IMG/VR virus record: IMGVR_UViG_3300009103_001640
Span: 1 to 59,071 of that record
DNA length: 59,071 nt
Source of the DNA: a virus
Lineage: Duplodnaviria; Caudoviricetes
Reading direction: 5' to 3' (one strand)
The stretch's first letter is position 1, and the number at the start of each line of letters is the position of its first letter. The position numbers and the translations under genes are program-made. The notes below the pieces were generated by a model. It did no database searches, was not told the origin of the DNA, and worked only from the letters and a program-made list of their open reading frames with translations. This document shows, one piece after another, positions 27,301 through 39,300 of this stretch.

Positions 27301-30300
27301 AAGGGTACAGAAAAGTCGTTGCGCAATATGCTTCGTTGCTTTGGTGTCGATGACGAATTAGTTAAGATTAACGCATATGCTGATAATGGCGATTATGTAT
27401 TCAAAGACAATCGCCGCTCAACAACCAATAAAACAAATTATGTGACTTTCAACCATAGCGACAGAAACGATGGTACGGTTTATCAGGCTGTCTCTATGTC
27501 GGTTGACGGCGTTTATAGCAATCCAAACGCCCGTGGCTATATTACAGGCTCTTCCACATTTGGAAAATACAATGCGCAGACAATCGAATGCGAAGTCTTT
27601 TTTCCGCTGAAGACAGATGATATATTAAGCAAATACTGGTATCAAGATAGGTTTGTCACCGCTTCACTGTTCGGCACGATGGGTCACGCAGGAGCAGACC
27701 ATGATGGCGTACATGACACACGCTTCCCTGCTTCTAGTCACGCAGCATCAGGTCACCATTCTGGCACAGTAGACCTTAAAGTGTTCGCGCTTAAGGACAA
27801 GCTAGAGTCAACACGCGCACGCTTTATGATGTCGTCAAGCGTCCTTGGAACATTAACCTCTGACTATTACGAAGATGTTTACGATGACACGCGATGGAAT
27901 TTTGCAGTTAGAATTAAGCCTACTTCTCACCCATGGATGGATCACGCAAAGGTTGAAGCTGATATGGGCGGCGGCTGGACCCAAGGCTTTGATGTAGAAT
28001 TTTATGGAGTTAATGTTTTCACAGATGTTGTTCAGCACGAATTCTTGAAGACAAGAACAATTACAGAAACGGTAGGCGAAGCGTTCTTGTCTGCCCCGAA
28101 GCGCTGTTACGTCGGCGCTCTCCATCAGGACTTTACCGGCAGCACGTTGTTTTATAGCAACGCCGAGGTTGGAAATCTGCGCTATTGGATGAGCGATATA
28201 TCGGATGAGGTTGTGCGAACCCACGCTATGGATCAGAGCAGCTATGGTGTGGAGAGCCCATACAAAAACGCATTCATCTATCAGACCTCAATGAGTGGCA
28301 ATTACGTGCCACAGATTGCAACGTTGGCACTTCACTGGAACTTCGACAATGTTACTGGATCTGGCGGAAGCCCAACCACTACACAAAATACAAAAGACGC
28401 ACAATTTATTGTACAAGATGTTTCTTCTGGTTCGGCAGAGCACGGCGAAAGATATGAACCCAACTTTAGTGATCAGGTAATGATGCAGCACTTGGGTATC
28501 GGCGACTTCTTCTTGGACAACAAGACAGATATCGTCAATACGCGATATGTCCCGACCGGCAAGGTCGTTTTGCCCGAGTATCTACACAGCAATGATATGG
28601 TTGAGATTCGCCAAAGAGACACTGAGTTCTTTACGATGGAGACAAGACCCAGTAAAGTTTATTATTCGATTGAAAAGAGTATGTACCAAACCATTTCGGA
28701 AGAGATGGTCAAGATGTTCTCGACAATCAAAGACTTCGATAACTTGATCGGTGAACCGGTCAACAGGTATCGTCACGAATACAAGGACTTAGGAAAACTT
28801 AGGCAACTGTTCTTTGAGAAGATGCCTAACGATCCAGACCTCGACAAGTATGTAGACTACTACAAGTGGATCGATAGTGCTGTCAGCAGGTTCCTTGAAG
28901 ACTTGTTCCCGGCATCTGCAGAACACTCAGATGGCATGCAGACTATGGTTGAGAGCCACATGCTGGAAAGAAGTAAATATCAGACGAAGTATCCGACTAT
29001 GGAGATGGCACAGGATCCCCCTGCTGCGTCCTTCGACACTATTAATACTCTTCTATATGATTATCAACGCGGCAGCGCACCTCTACCGGGTGATATCCAT
29101 TCGATAAGCGCGACCGAAGAGGGCACCACAGGCTCTGCCGAGATGATGGATCAAGATCAGAATTGCCTCTGGTGGAGCAAGAGAGCAGAGCGCGAGCACC
29201 CGATTCTGGCGTCAACAGCAATGTCGGCTAGTTCACCGGGAATGAACCTTTCCGGCACCCTAACATCCCGAATCGCTGTCTTCAGCGCAAGCACAAGTGC
29301 CTACAACCGCAAACTACACACACCATATCACTACTCGGTTGTCCAGAACCACCTCATTCACGGTGGCATCAACTATGATGACAACAAGAAGCTGGATTAT
29401 GTTTATCCTGCGACTGTTCCGTTCTCGCCAAGAGCCGTTGATTATGGCAAGTTTGGTGGATATCCTCTCGGCTATTTGATCGCGAAGGATATGGACCGGG
29501 ATGCTTCTCCGTATACGAGCATGCGACAGTGCGACTTACCCCTCTCCTCTTCTTACGGAGCCAAAGTTAAACGAGAAGGTTATAAAGTTATTGACGGCTG
29601 GGAAGGTTTCAAGTCCGCAGCCGGCTCCCAAGGATGGGTTGCTCCTATTGCTGCTTCTGGCAGCATCACAGTCACCGACGCTGTTACCTTGCACTCACAG
29701 GCACAGAAGCCGAGTTTCACCATTACCGCAACAGATGGTACCGTGATCAAGCTATCGCAGAACAACCAACAAACGACCAGCACTGATACAAATAATCCAA
29801 CATACCAAAAGCATACAACATGTTCAACTGCTGCTACGAATATGGCGACAGCACTTAATGCGAATAGTAAGCTGACAGCGACAGCGGCTTCTACAGCGGC
29901 AACTGCAACTTTCACCTTTACAGACAAGCCAAATGAGGGCTCTACAATCACGCTTGTCGGCACAGCGGCAAACATTACATTCGAGATCGACAACGAGAAC
30001 GATGGAGTAACAGGATCCAATGTGGCACTCAACGGTATTGCTGCTGCTGGCGGCGGCGCCACCGGCACTGCTGCAGATCTTGTCGCAAAGATTAATGCGC
30101 ATAACGGTCTATCCATCACAGCCACGAACCCATCTGCTGGTGTCGTCCTCCTCACACAAAACGCCGGCGGAAGTCATCTCAACACTGCGATTACATTAAA
30201 TGACGCTTCTCACTGGAATACATGTACGAGTGTCAACGTCCCATCAGCGTTTACTGGCGGTAAATCAGTTGTTACTATTACACAGGTAACTCCCGGCATC

Positions 30301-33300
30301 GCTGGTAACCGGACTATTATTGAAGATTATGGCGGCATAGCGGATCGGATTGAAGGTGTTGATACTGTCCCAATCCAAGGCGGTCAAGAAGCAATCACGC
30401 AGACTCCCAACTGGGAATCAGGCTCTTATCATCATTTCCGAGGCAACTTGGTTATGCCCTTCAACGTCATCTCTTCAAGTGCGAACGACGTTAACGAAGG
30501 CTACACTGTACTGATTAACCAAGACTTGACTGTGTGGGGTGGCGGCACTGGCGTCGGACACTCAACTGATGCTGGAATATATGTTAACAAGAGGAGCCGA
30601 CCGTACGGCACCCATCACAATACTGCCGGCGATAGTGATGATCAATCGGGACACAGTAATCCTACGGAATTAGGTGGACTCGGACGAGGCGTCAACTTAG
30701 TTAACCTCCACACAGACACATACGGCGAAGATAAGGAAGTCCCAATGCAGGGACCGTTCACCGAGAAATATGTTGGCGGGCGTGCTTATCGACATGCCGA
30801 GGTTAATGATGGCACGGACACACTGGGTACCCGGCAGGAAGGTTGGCTGGTGCTTATTAATGCTGCTATTATGACCCCTAATGGCGTCTTGCATGCAAAC
30901 TCGGGCGGCGTTGGTCTGACCGGACCTGACTATCCATATCCTCATGGTCCTTATCCGTTCCAAGCCGATGATGGCGGTGGCGGCAACTCTGTTCACTGGC
31001 GCCCAATCGGTGGTCGCTACTATCGCGACGAGACAGCGAAGCGCCCAGTAAACATTAGAAATATTCAGATGGTGACAAGCTCTGCTGGGCATGAGAATGT
31101 TGGACTCCATCGCGTAGATGTAATCCAAGCCAACGGGGATGATATCTCTGAATGGACAAAACATTATCATGAGCAGATTGCAACCGGTTCTGCAAGAACA
31201 ATCATCGGAAACTACCGACACAATTACGAAGTTGTACACACGGTCGGTCGCTCAAATCAGAAGCCGTTCTTAAGAGACAACCAGTCTGTTCGCAATATTT
31301 TGCAGACCGGTTCGTTTGCAGAGGCGCCCAGCATACTCCAGTCTACCCATGGGCAGACCCTCGTAGTAAGCCGCGCTTATGGAGCCGGCACCGGTCAGAT
31401 GGTTCACGAAGATCTTCTCGGAAACGGCAACTTGCCTGCGTCAACGCACATTGAGACGATTTTGACGCAAAAGTTTCAGTCCACCGGTTCTAAAGATTTT
31501 AAGGATACAGCCGCCGCTGAAGACGAGCATATCGTACCCACCCTTACTCACTTGACTGGCGCTGTGCTGGTTGGATCCAGAGTTATTGTTTCTGATGTTT
31601 CTGGTGGTGTGGGCGGCGCGAATGTGGACGAAAACAACAACGCACTCCCAGCCCGTCGAGCAGCTTCTTATGATATTTTGCCCACTCCCGATATGCATCT
31701 CAACATGGATCACAGAATCCAAGACAGATCGTCGGGAAGCACCAACCTTAATACAATTTTTGCAAACAGATTCTCCGCTCCCGGCGGTCCACGAAACCAA
31801 TCGAAGGGCTTCCTTGACTTAGCGGCAGAAGAATACTCAGTATATAATGCATACCCATGGCGCAACCTTGAGGTTCTGGGCTCTGCAAGTGGCGAAGATC
31901 ACCAAACCCGCGCCAACATTCTTCCACAGTCCGTAGGCAACTATCAACGCTTAGGGCTTCGCTCTCTTCGCGCTCTTGCTTCTGGTAGACATGGCACCCT
32001 GAGCCCGTATGTTCAGGACACAGAGGCGACAGACCCAAATACTCACAACAACGGCGGGATCCGTTCAGCCGATTATGATACGGCAACTTCTTGGCACAAG
32101 GTCAACAGAAACCCGCAAACGCGAGCAACACCGACAACTGAGCACCGTGAGGTTCCACCCCGCGAAACACTCAGGTTCAGTGATGTGGCTTCAGTACCCG
32201 GCAAGAAGATCACTATCAAAGATCCATGGGGGCATGAGTATGTTTATACTCTTGATGCCGGCTCTACCGCTGATCTTGCGGGGGAGGCTCACGCTACACA
32301 CGATAATGATCCCGAATCTGCAACCTACGGACAGGCATCGGCTACAATTGGCTGGGCATCTTCCGGCAGTCAGACTGTGAAGTATCTAGCCATCGCCGAA
32401 TCTCTTCGCCGCGTAATGAGAACACAGATCAGTGGTGGCTTAGACGTTAACACCGGACACGAACTTATCGCCGTGACCAAGAGTCAGGTTCCATCCAGCA
32501 CAACCGTTGTCATGACGATTGATTGGGACCAAATTGTTCGCAGAAACATGGGTACGGGCGAATTTGTTTGGGGCGACAGGGTTAATGACGCACAGTATAC
32601 TGTAGAATCTCTCCTGATGATCACGCCGGTCCACGAATCCAGCGCAGACAACGTGAAAACGGCAACAAATTCTCGCTACCGGTCGTCGGTAAGCGGTGGT
32701 CTAGACGACGTATCTAGAATATCTTACGATAATGACTATGTGACGCGCCCCATCCCACAAGACGAAAACCAATACGCTTGGATTGCTGCGTCCACGGAGC
32801 CGTCCGCGTCAGGATATTCGCTTCCGAATCTTGGCTATGGTTACAACATGACCACCTTCAACCAGCCGACACCTTCAGGTTCTCGCCCGGTTGATCCGAT
32901 TCTATTCATCAGCGCTAGTCAGGTTGGAAGCGCATTAGGTAACGCAAACACGCATGGCACCTCTGCCGACCGAGGCTTCCGTTATTGGGGCATTGATAAG
33001 GGCAATAACGAAGATGGGGGGAACAGCACCCACGAACTCCAATTCATCCCCAATGTTCACGGTCTGAATCTGAATCTTGTCGATTCCCAGAATACATGGC
33101 TTACGGACGGTTCCGGGGCTGTTGCGTTGGGCTTTTATGCCACCGGCGGTATATTGCCAGCGGACGTATCTTTGCCCATTGGTCACACTTCAAACAATAG
33201 ACGCGGCGGCTTTGCGTATTCTTCGCATATTGCCAACTTGCACAGTTATGTTAACGAAGAGATACAGTACACGCATCGCCAACCCACCGACCTGCCTAAT

Positions 33301-36300
33301 GGCACCGTTTGGCACGGCTCTGGCAGAGTTCGGGTGGTCGACCCCGACTCTACCAACGCCGCCGGCGACATGATCGAGCTTGCAGCGACCCCAGCCCAAA
33401 ATATGGTTTATCTGCAAGGCGCCTTTGTCGATGACACCGGCGCAGCCCCCGAAGCCGCCGGTGGTCTTTCGCGCCAGAATGAGCCGCGTGGACATTATGC
33501 AAGCGCCGGCGAGCATCGAATGGTCCCCATGTACTGGTCGGGCTCAAACAGCTTCGCACACGAAAATGTAGACTATAGCATCACATCCGGGGAGGCGACC
33601 TCCACCGATCACCAGCATTACGCCATCAACCAGTCTGTTGCTGGTATCTTTAATGCCTTAATGTGGAAGCGCAACGGACCATACGGGTATCCAACTTGGA
33701 AACAGGTTCGCGGTGGTGAGCACCAGTTAGCACAGACAATGCGCAAGAACAACCGTTATGTGGTCGTAGACCCGCGATCTGATCGGGTTGTTCCACCAAG
33801 ACCGGGCTTTGTTGGTCGCGTCGTATCGCTCAGTACTGTAGAGACTCATGATGTTGTTGCAGCATTCAGGCGTTCGGGTCATATCAACACGGCAGAAAGA
33901 AAGCACAATCACTATTATGTACCGGCAGTTGAAACTAACGCAAAGACTATGCTAGCGGCGATCCAAAGGGGCACTTTTGACGATGGCTCATATGACCCGG
34001 ACAGAATATTATATGCGAATGTGACGCACGTTAATAATCTTAAAAACTTTCCAAACTCGAAACTTAATGAAGATGTAGGTCTTCGCAACTACAAATCCGA
34101 CAGAACAGCTTATAATGATCTTTACGAGATGTATACCGAAATGACCGATATAGACGGCAACGACGCTTATACGTTGGTTGATTTGACATATCGCGAAACC
34201 ATTTATCCAAAACCGAATAACGCCGGTCGAAGTGATATGCGACAGCGCTCCAACTTCGATGTTGGTTATTGGGGCGGTGACGCTGATGCGGAATATCATG
34301 GCAAAACCAACCACACAGACTTGCACGGATATCACGAACCAATTGGTAGAAGAACCCACTTTAATAAGCCCGATGTTCGTAACCCTCATGGTCAGTGGGA
34401 ATTTGGTCGTGGACCCAACGCGGCAGCGCTTACAGTTGGCTACCTCTGGGGCGGTGGCAACACATGGAACGCAATATCTGCCTTTAACACAAAACAGGGC
34501 TATAAGAGCACCCAAGGTATTTCTGAATACCACAAAGAGAAGAATCGAAATGTGATGTGGTATTCTGGAAGTATCTGGCCAATGGACGGAGCGAAGAACG
34601 TTAATCTGTTGCCAGTAAGTTACGCCGGCGCTATCGGACCAAGACAATATTTAGCCTCTTCTTCTCATCGCGCAACCAATCCCGGCTATGCCGAAGGGTT
34701 CTATTTCGACGGCTTGGCGGCTGACATCCTTACTCACGGCGCCCCCGGCATCCTGCAGAATCAGTTTACATGGTTCCATAATGGTATGTCCATCGGCTTT
34801 GAGCCAACAACTATTTCGTCATCGTGGAGTACCGCCGCTGGACAAAACACCCCCGGTGAACAACATGATTTTAACATTAACCTTCGCCACGCTGTTGCAT
34901 CTTCTAGTGTAATGGCTAACGCTGATTTCTACGCGCTTGCTCTCAAGGTTGGAAAGATTCGTGAAGACGCCTATGGCGCTCATATTTTGACAGAGCGTTA
35001 CGTGGCTCAACCCGCCGCTGGTATGGCATTTGGACCTTCATATTCCAGACCGCACATGCTTGTCGGTCGCAACAGTTATTGCTCTCCATCAGCAGGAAAG
35101 GCTGCTTACGCTCGCCGATTCAACTTCGCTAGCGAAACCGCAGAACTTACGGGCGCGTTGTCGTACGGCAAGGGTGACGGCGTGTCTCCGTTTTTGGAAG
35201 CCATCAAGAAGCACGGCACACAAGATGCAGCCCCAGAAAATAATGGCACTACTATCCCAATCACGTCTTCGCAAACTATGGCTGGAGGCGCACCTTCGAC
35301 TCTTTTGGGGCTGGGCGACCGCGTAGTTTCGCAACTAACCAGATCTATCGGTCACGAAGTTGAGGGGCTTTATGTTAGTGATTGGGAGTGGAAAGCACCA
35401 ATCCAGTCTGGAAAGTCGCCGTTTTATACTAACTATTCTAAATGGTTTGAAGAGCTTCGCGGAAAGTCTCAAGACAGACAGGTGATTCCAGAGTATCGCA
35501 TTAGCGACAGAATGCCATATTTCGTTCTTGACAAGCAAGGTCGATTCACTTCTAGGGATAGAGAATGGCTTTCGCTTCTTGGAAACCCAAGTTCTTCGGG
35601 AGGGCATCTCACTTCTTCTGCGGACGCTACAAAGGCTGGTGATAATATCACTGGATCCTTTATAAGTGATTATGCGGTAACGGCAACCCCTGCTTTGCTC
35701 GACGCTATTAAGGCAGAAAATGCCGGTATCACAGAGCCTTATGAATTAACACTAACCTGCGATGCGATTGTGAAATTCCTGCCGTATCAAGGCTTTTATC
35801 CTCAGTTGCGCACCGTTGACTTATGCAAGCAGTTTGTTGACAGCTATGATGATCATGTGACATTTGAATCTGATTTGGGCATTAACGACTTGGCGTCTTC
35901 GTATGTGCGGGTTGATTCTTCGGGCTCTACTAATCCCGGCTCAACCCAAGACCGCTACGGCTTTAGTCCTTTCGGTCCCGGTGGCGGTATTCTTGGTCTT
36001 GGACAAGCCGGACAAACTGCGGTAATGTCGATCTTGTTTGATGCCACCCAAGGCAAAGGCGCCGACAGTTCTAAAGAAGGAACAGCCGAGGCAGGCTATG
36101 CCATTCCAGATATGACATTTATGGTTATCGATGATCCTGCCGCTAAGCAAAGAATTGCGCTGGTTTTTGATCGCACGACCACCCTCACCGGCTGGGGCAA
36201 CTATGCTCACTCTACTAGTGATAGCACGTCACTCATCGGCGCCCCCGACAATGACGGAACCACAAAGAACGATGCAGTTGATAACACAGACGCAACCAAC

Positions 36301-39300
36301 GCGGACGGTGCAGACCCAAGGCAGAGCGGGAATGTACCATGGGGCGCAGGAAAAAGATACGGTTTCGCAGAGGCTGGCACCACCACCAACCCAATAAACA
36401 CGGGCTTTGAACCATTGGGTTCCAAGAAAGCGGACCTATTGACCGCAGGTACTAAAGTTGTTAGCACAACAACAAACGAGTGGGTAGACGCTCAGTACAC
36501 TCAAGGAGAATTCACACAAGTCTATAAAGTCAGAGGCGGAAATCACTACAAATCCACCGACGACAACAACTACAAGGGTTCTCTGGTTCTTTTGTATGGG
36601 GTGGTTCAGGCTATCAAGCACGCTAGACACAATGGGTTCATCAACGTCAGCCCCGGTATGCCCACTACCACAACCCGGCGCGCCGATGAGGACTACTCCC
36701 CTGCTGAGCCATGGAATCCCGGCACCTACGAGCGCGATTCACTTCGCGGTAAATGGTTCCAAGATAACAAATCTGAAATCGACGGGTCGACCGGGCTCTC
36801 CACTAAGAGCGGCGACAACTGGGCAACCGTTCTAGAATTAAAATATGACGCCGGCGATGGCGTGTCTGCAGACGGCTCAGATGGTACCGCCGGCAACGGT
36901 GTCAAGGTCCAGTTCTTCTCTTGGAACGATAACAACGAAAAGAACGCACATCCCACCCCTGCCAGCGCCCCCACAGGTCATTCAGCATGGAATGCCTCCA
37001 CTTCGACCTATGACTGGGGGAATCCTAGCACGTCTAAAGCCTTTAGGCACATCACCACCGCTGACTCCGATACGGGATATGGGCTTCAGGATTTCTCGTC
37101 CGCACGCACATTTGCATATGGAACCGCTGCAGTGACGACAGATGATGCCCTTATAAACGCTAGGTTCTATAGTGATGTGGCACTTTCGGGCTACTCATTC
37201 GACGTTGATGAGATCTTAGATCCCACCTCTCCTCGCGTCGGCGGTTCTGGCAAACTTACCGACGAGGGTTTTGAAACTCACGGTCGCAACCCTGCTGCGG
37301 CTAAGCGTCCATTCTACGGTCCTTTCATGGCACCCGGCATTCTCTTTAACACAATCAAGTCTGGTGTTGCGGTAGATTATCCCGTCTTACACAGAAAGTT
37401 GGCTACTACGGCATCTGTTGATCGCGACGGTGGCAGAAACTTCCAGATTGTGAACGAGTACTTTGATAACAGGCTCCCGTTTGAAACTTTGGTAGAGCCA
37501 GAAAGATATCTTACTAATGTACCGCTGGTTGATATGGAGCCTCACCCAAGTGCCTCTATTAACGCTACTGCTTCGTGGGACGGTCAAGGAGATCCGCTGT
37601 ACAAGATGATGATGCATAACTTCTTGGCTGAGATTCCTAACTTTTATTTGGCAGACCAATCCATGCAGTCGTTTGTTTCTTTGCCTGAGTCTGACGGAGG
37701 ATTTGGGCAGGTCGAGGCAGTTGTACATAACGGCGAAAAAGTTATTCCAGAATATAGAATGATGGTGAAGCTGTTCAAGTCCCAAGAGAATAATATACGC
37801 CCACTTACTCCAAGCGCCAGCAACCATTGGCAAAACCATCGTGGTCCAAAATTACCATTCAAGACTCATGCCCATGATGGCTCTCATAGTGGCACACTGG
37901 TTTACAATGGGCGATATGAGCCTTGCTATTATACAGATGTTATCGGCATGGAGAACCATGGACACAACAAAGACGGTGGTTACGGTGAAGGCTGGTACCC
38001 AGATATATACCAAAAGGGCGTTGGTATCAATTACAACAAAAAAGAGAGTCAATATCCTCGTCCGCAAAGTGACGCACCCGAGACGATTACAATGTACAGC
38101 CGCCCCTCCGCATTTGGACCTCCATGTGCCGGCGGCTATGCGATTGAGCCAGAATACGAATATATTTATACTGGCTCCGTGGCGCCATTTTCTCAATCTT
38201 ATGATCCCGATGGCAATCTCGGCGTCACAAATCTAAACGCCGCAGCGGGCGGCGAAGTCGCATACGCCGATGGTGGTGGGCTCCTGCGCAATAATGTCGT
38301 GGTTTCTTCGTCTCCAACAGTCTACGGTAGAGATTTCGGACAACAATTCGTTGAAGGTCACGTTGCTGGTTCTGGAACGATTGGGAAGGTCGCCGACAGA
38401 TCTATGACAACGTACGGTATGAAAGATGGCACGAATGGATACAATGCTCCGTTTACTCCTCCATACTACGATGGTCAAGCTTGGGCATTTTTAACCTTCA
38501 AGCCTTCACGCACAGGTAAGCACTACTTAGACGATATCTGGGAGAATACAACTATTAACTTCTTGAGATATGAGTTTGATTATATTTCTGGTGCATATGG
38601 TGACTGGGGAACATACGGACCACAAGGCTATGCAATGAACGTTAACGCAATGCAGATCGACGCAGCAGTTAATATCAAGGGCAAGACTTCAATCAAAGAA
38701 GTTACATATGATGCTATTACTGGTCTGCCACAAACAGTACAAGACTCGTTGCAGAGCACAGCACGAAACTCAGCTTGGGTTATTCAGACCAAGCTTGAAA
38801 CTCCCATCTTGCACTTTGGGTATGGACTTACAGATAACCAGACGCCTCTCGCGCTTTCTGGATCGGATTCCACTTCGACCATGGCAGAATCTAATGGTTA
38901 TCATCATGGCTATGCCGGCTTGTGTGAGCCCATCGGAATGTGGCATCAGTATGGCGAGATCCCATCAGCTTCGCAGGGCATTTACCTAGAAGTTGCGGAC
39001 ATCCCACCAGCATATATGCGCTTCGGCACAGAGATGACAATCGCCAATCCCAAGTGGATGCACATTACTGGCTCGCCAGATATGACGGTTGGTTCTACTG
39101 CGGGCGTTATGGGCTACTTCAGTGGAAGCACAGGAGAACTGGACTATAGACAGGGAGCCCCCGACTGGGATGGTTGGCGAGGCAGTAGTTCATTCGACGC
39201 TGCTTTGATTACAAGCGACGACTCCGAGGGTGGCGACCAGCCAGCCCTCGCAGCCGGCGGGTTTGCGGCAGGCGGTCAAGAAAGGTTTCTCATGGGACAG

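Noticed and set aside
24751-30261. Repeats as a CRISPR array or DGR template/variable pair
   Set aside because: They are in-frame coding repeats with mostly synonymous differences; there are no spacers, no adenine-specific pattern and no reverse transcriptase in the window.
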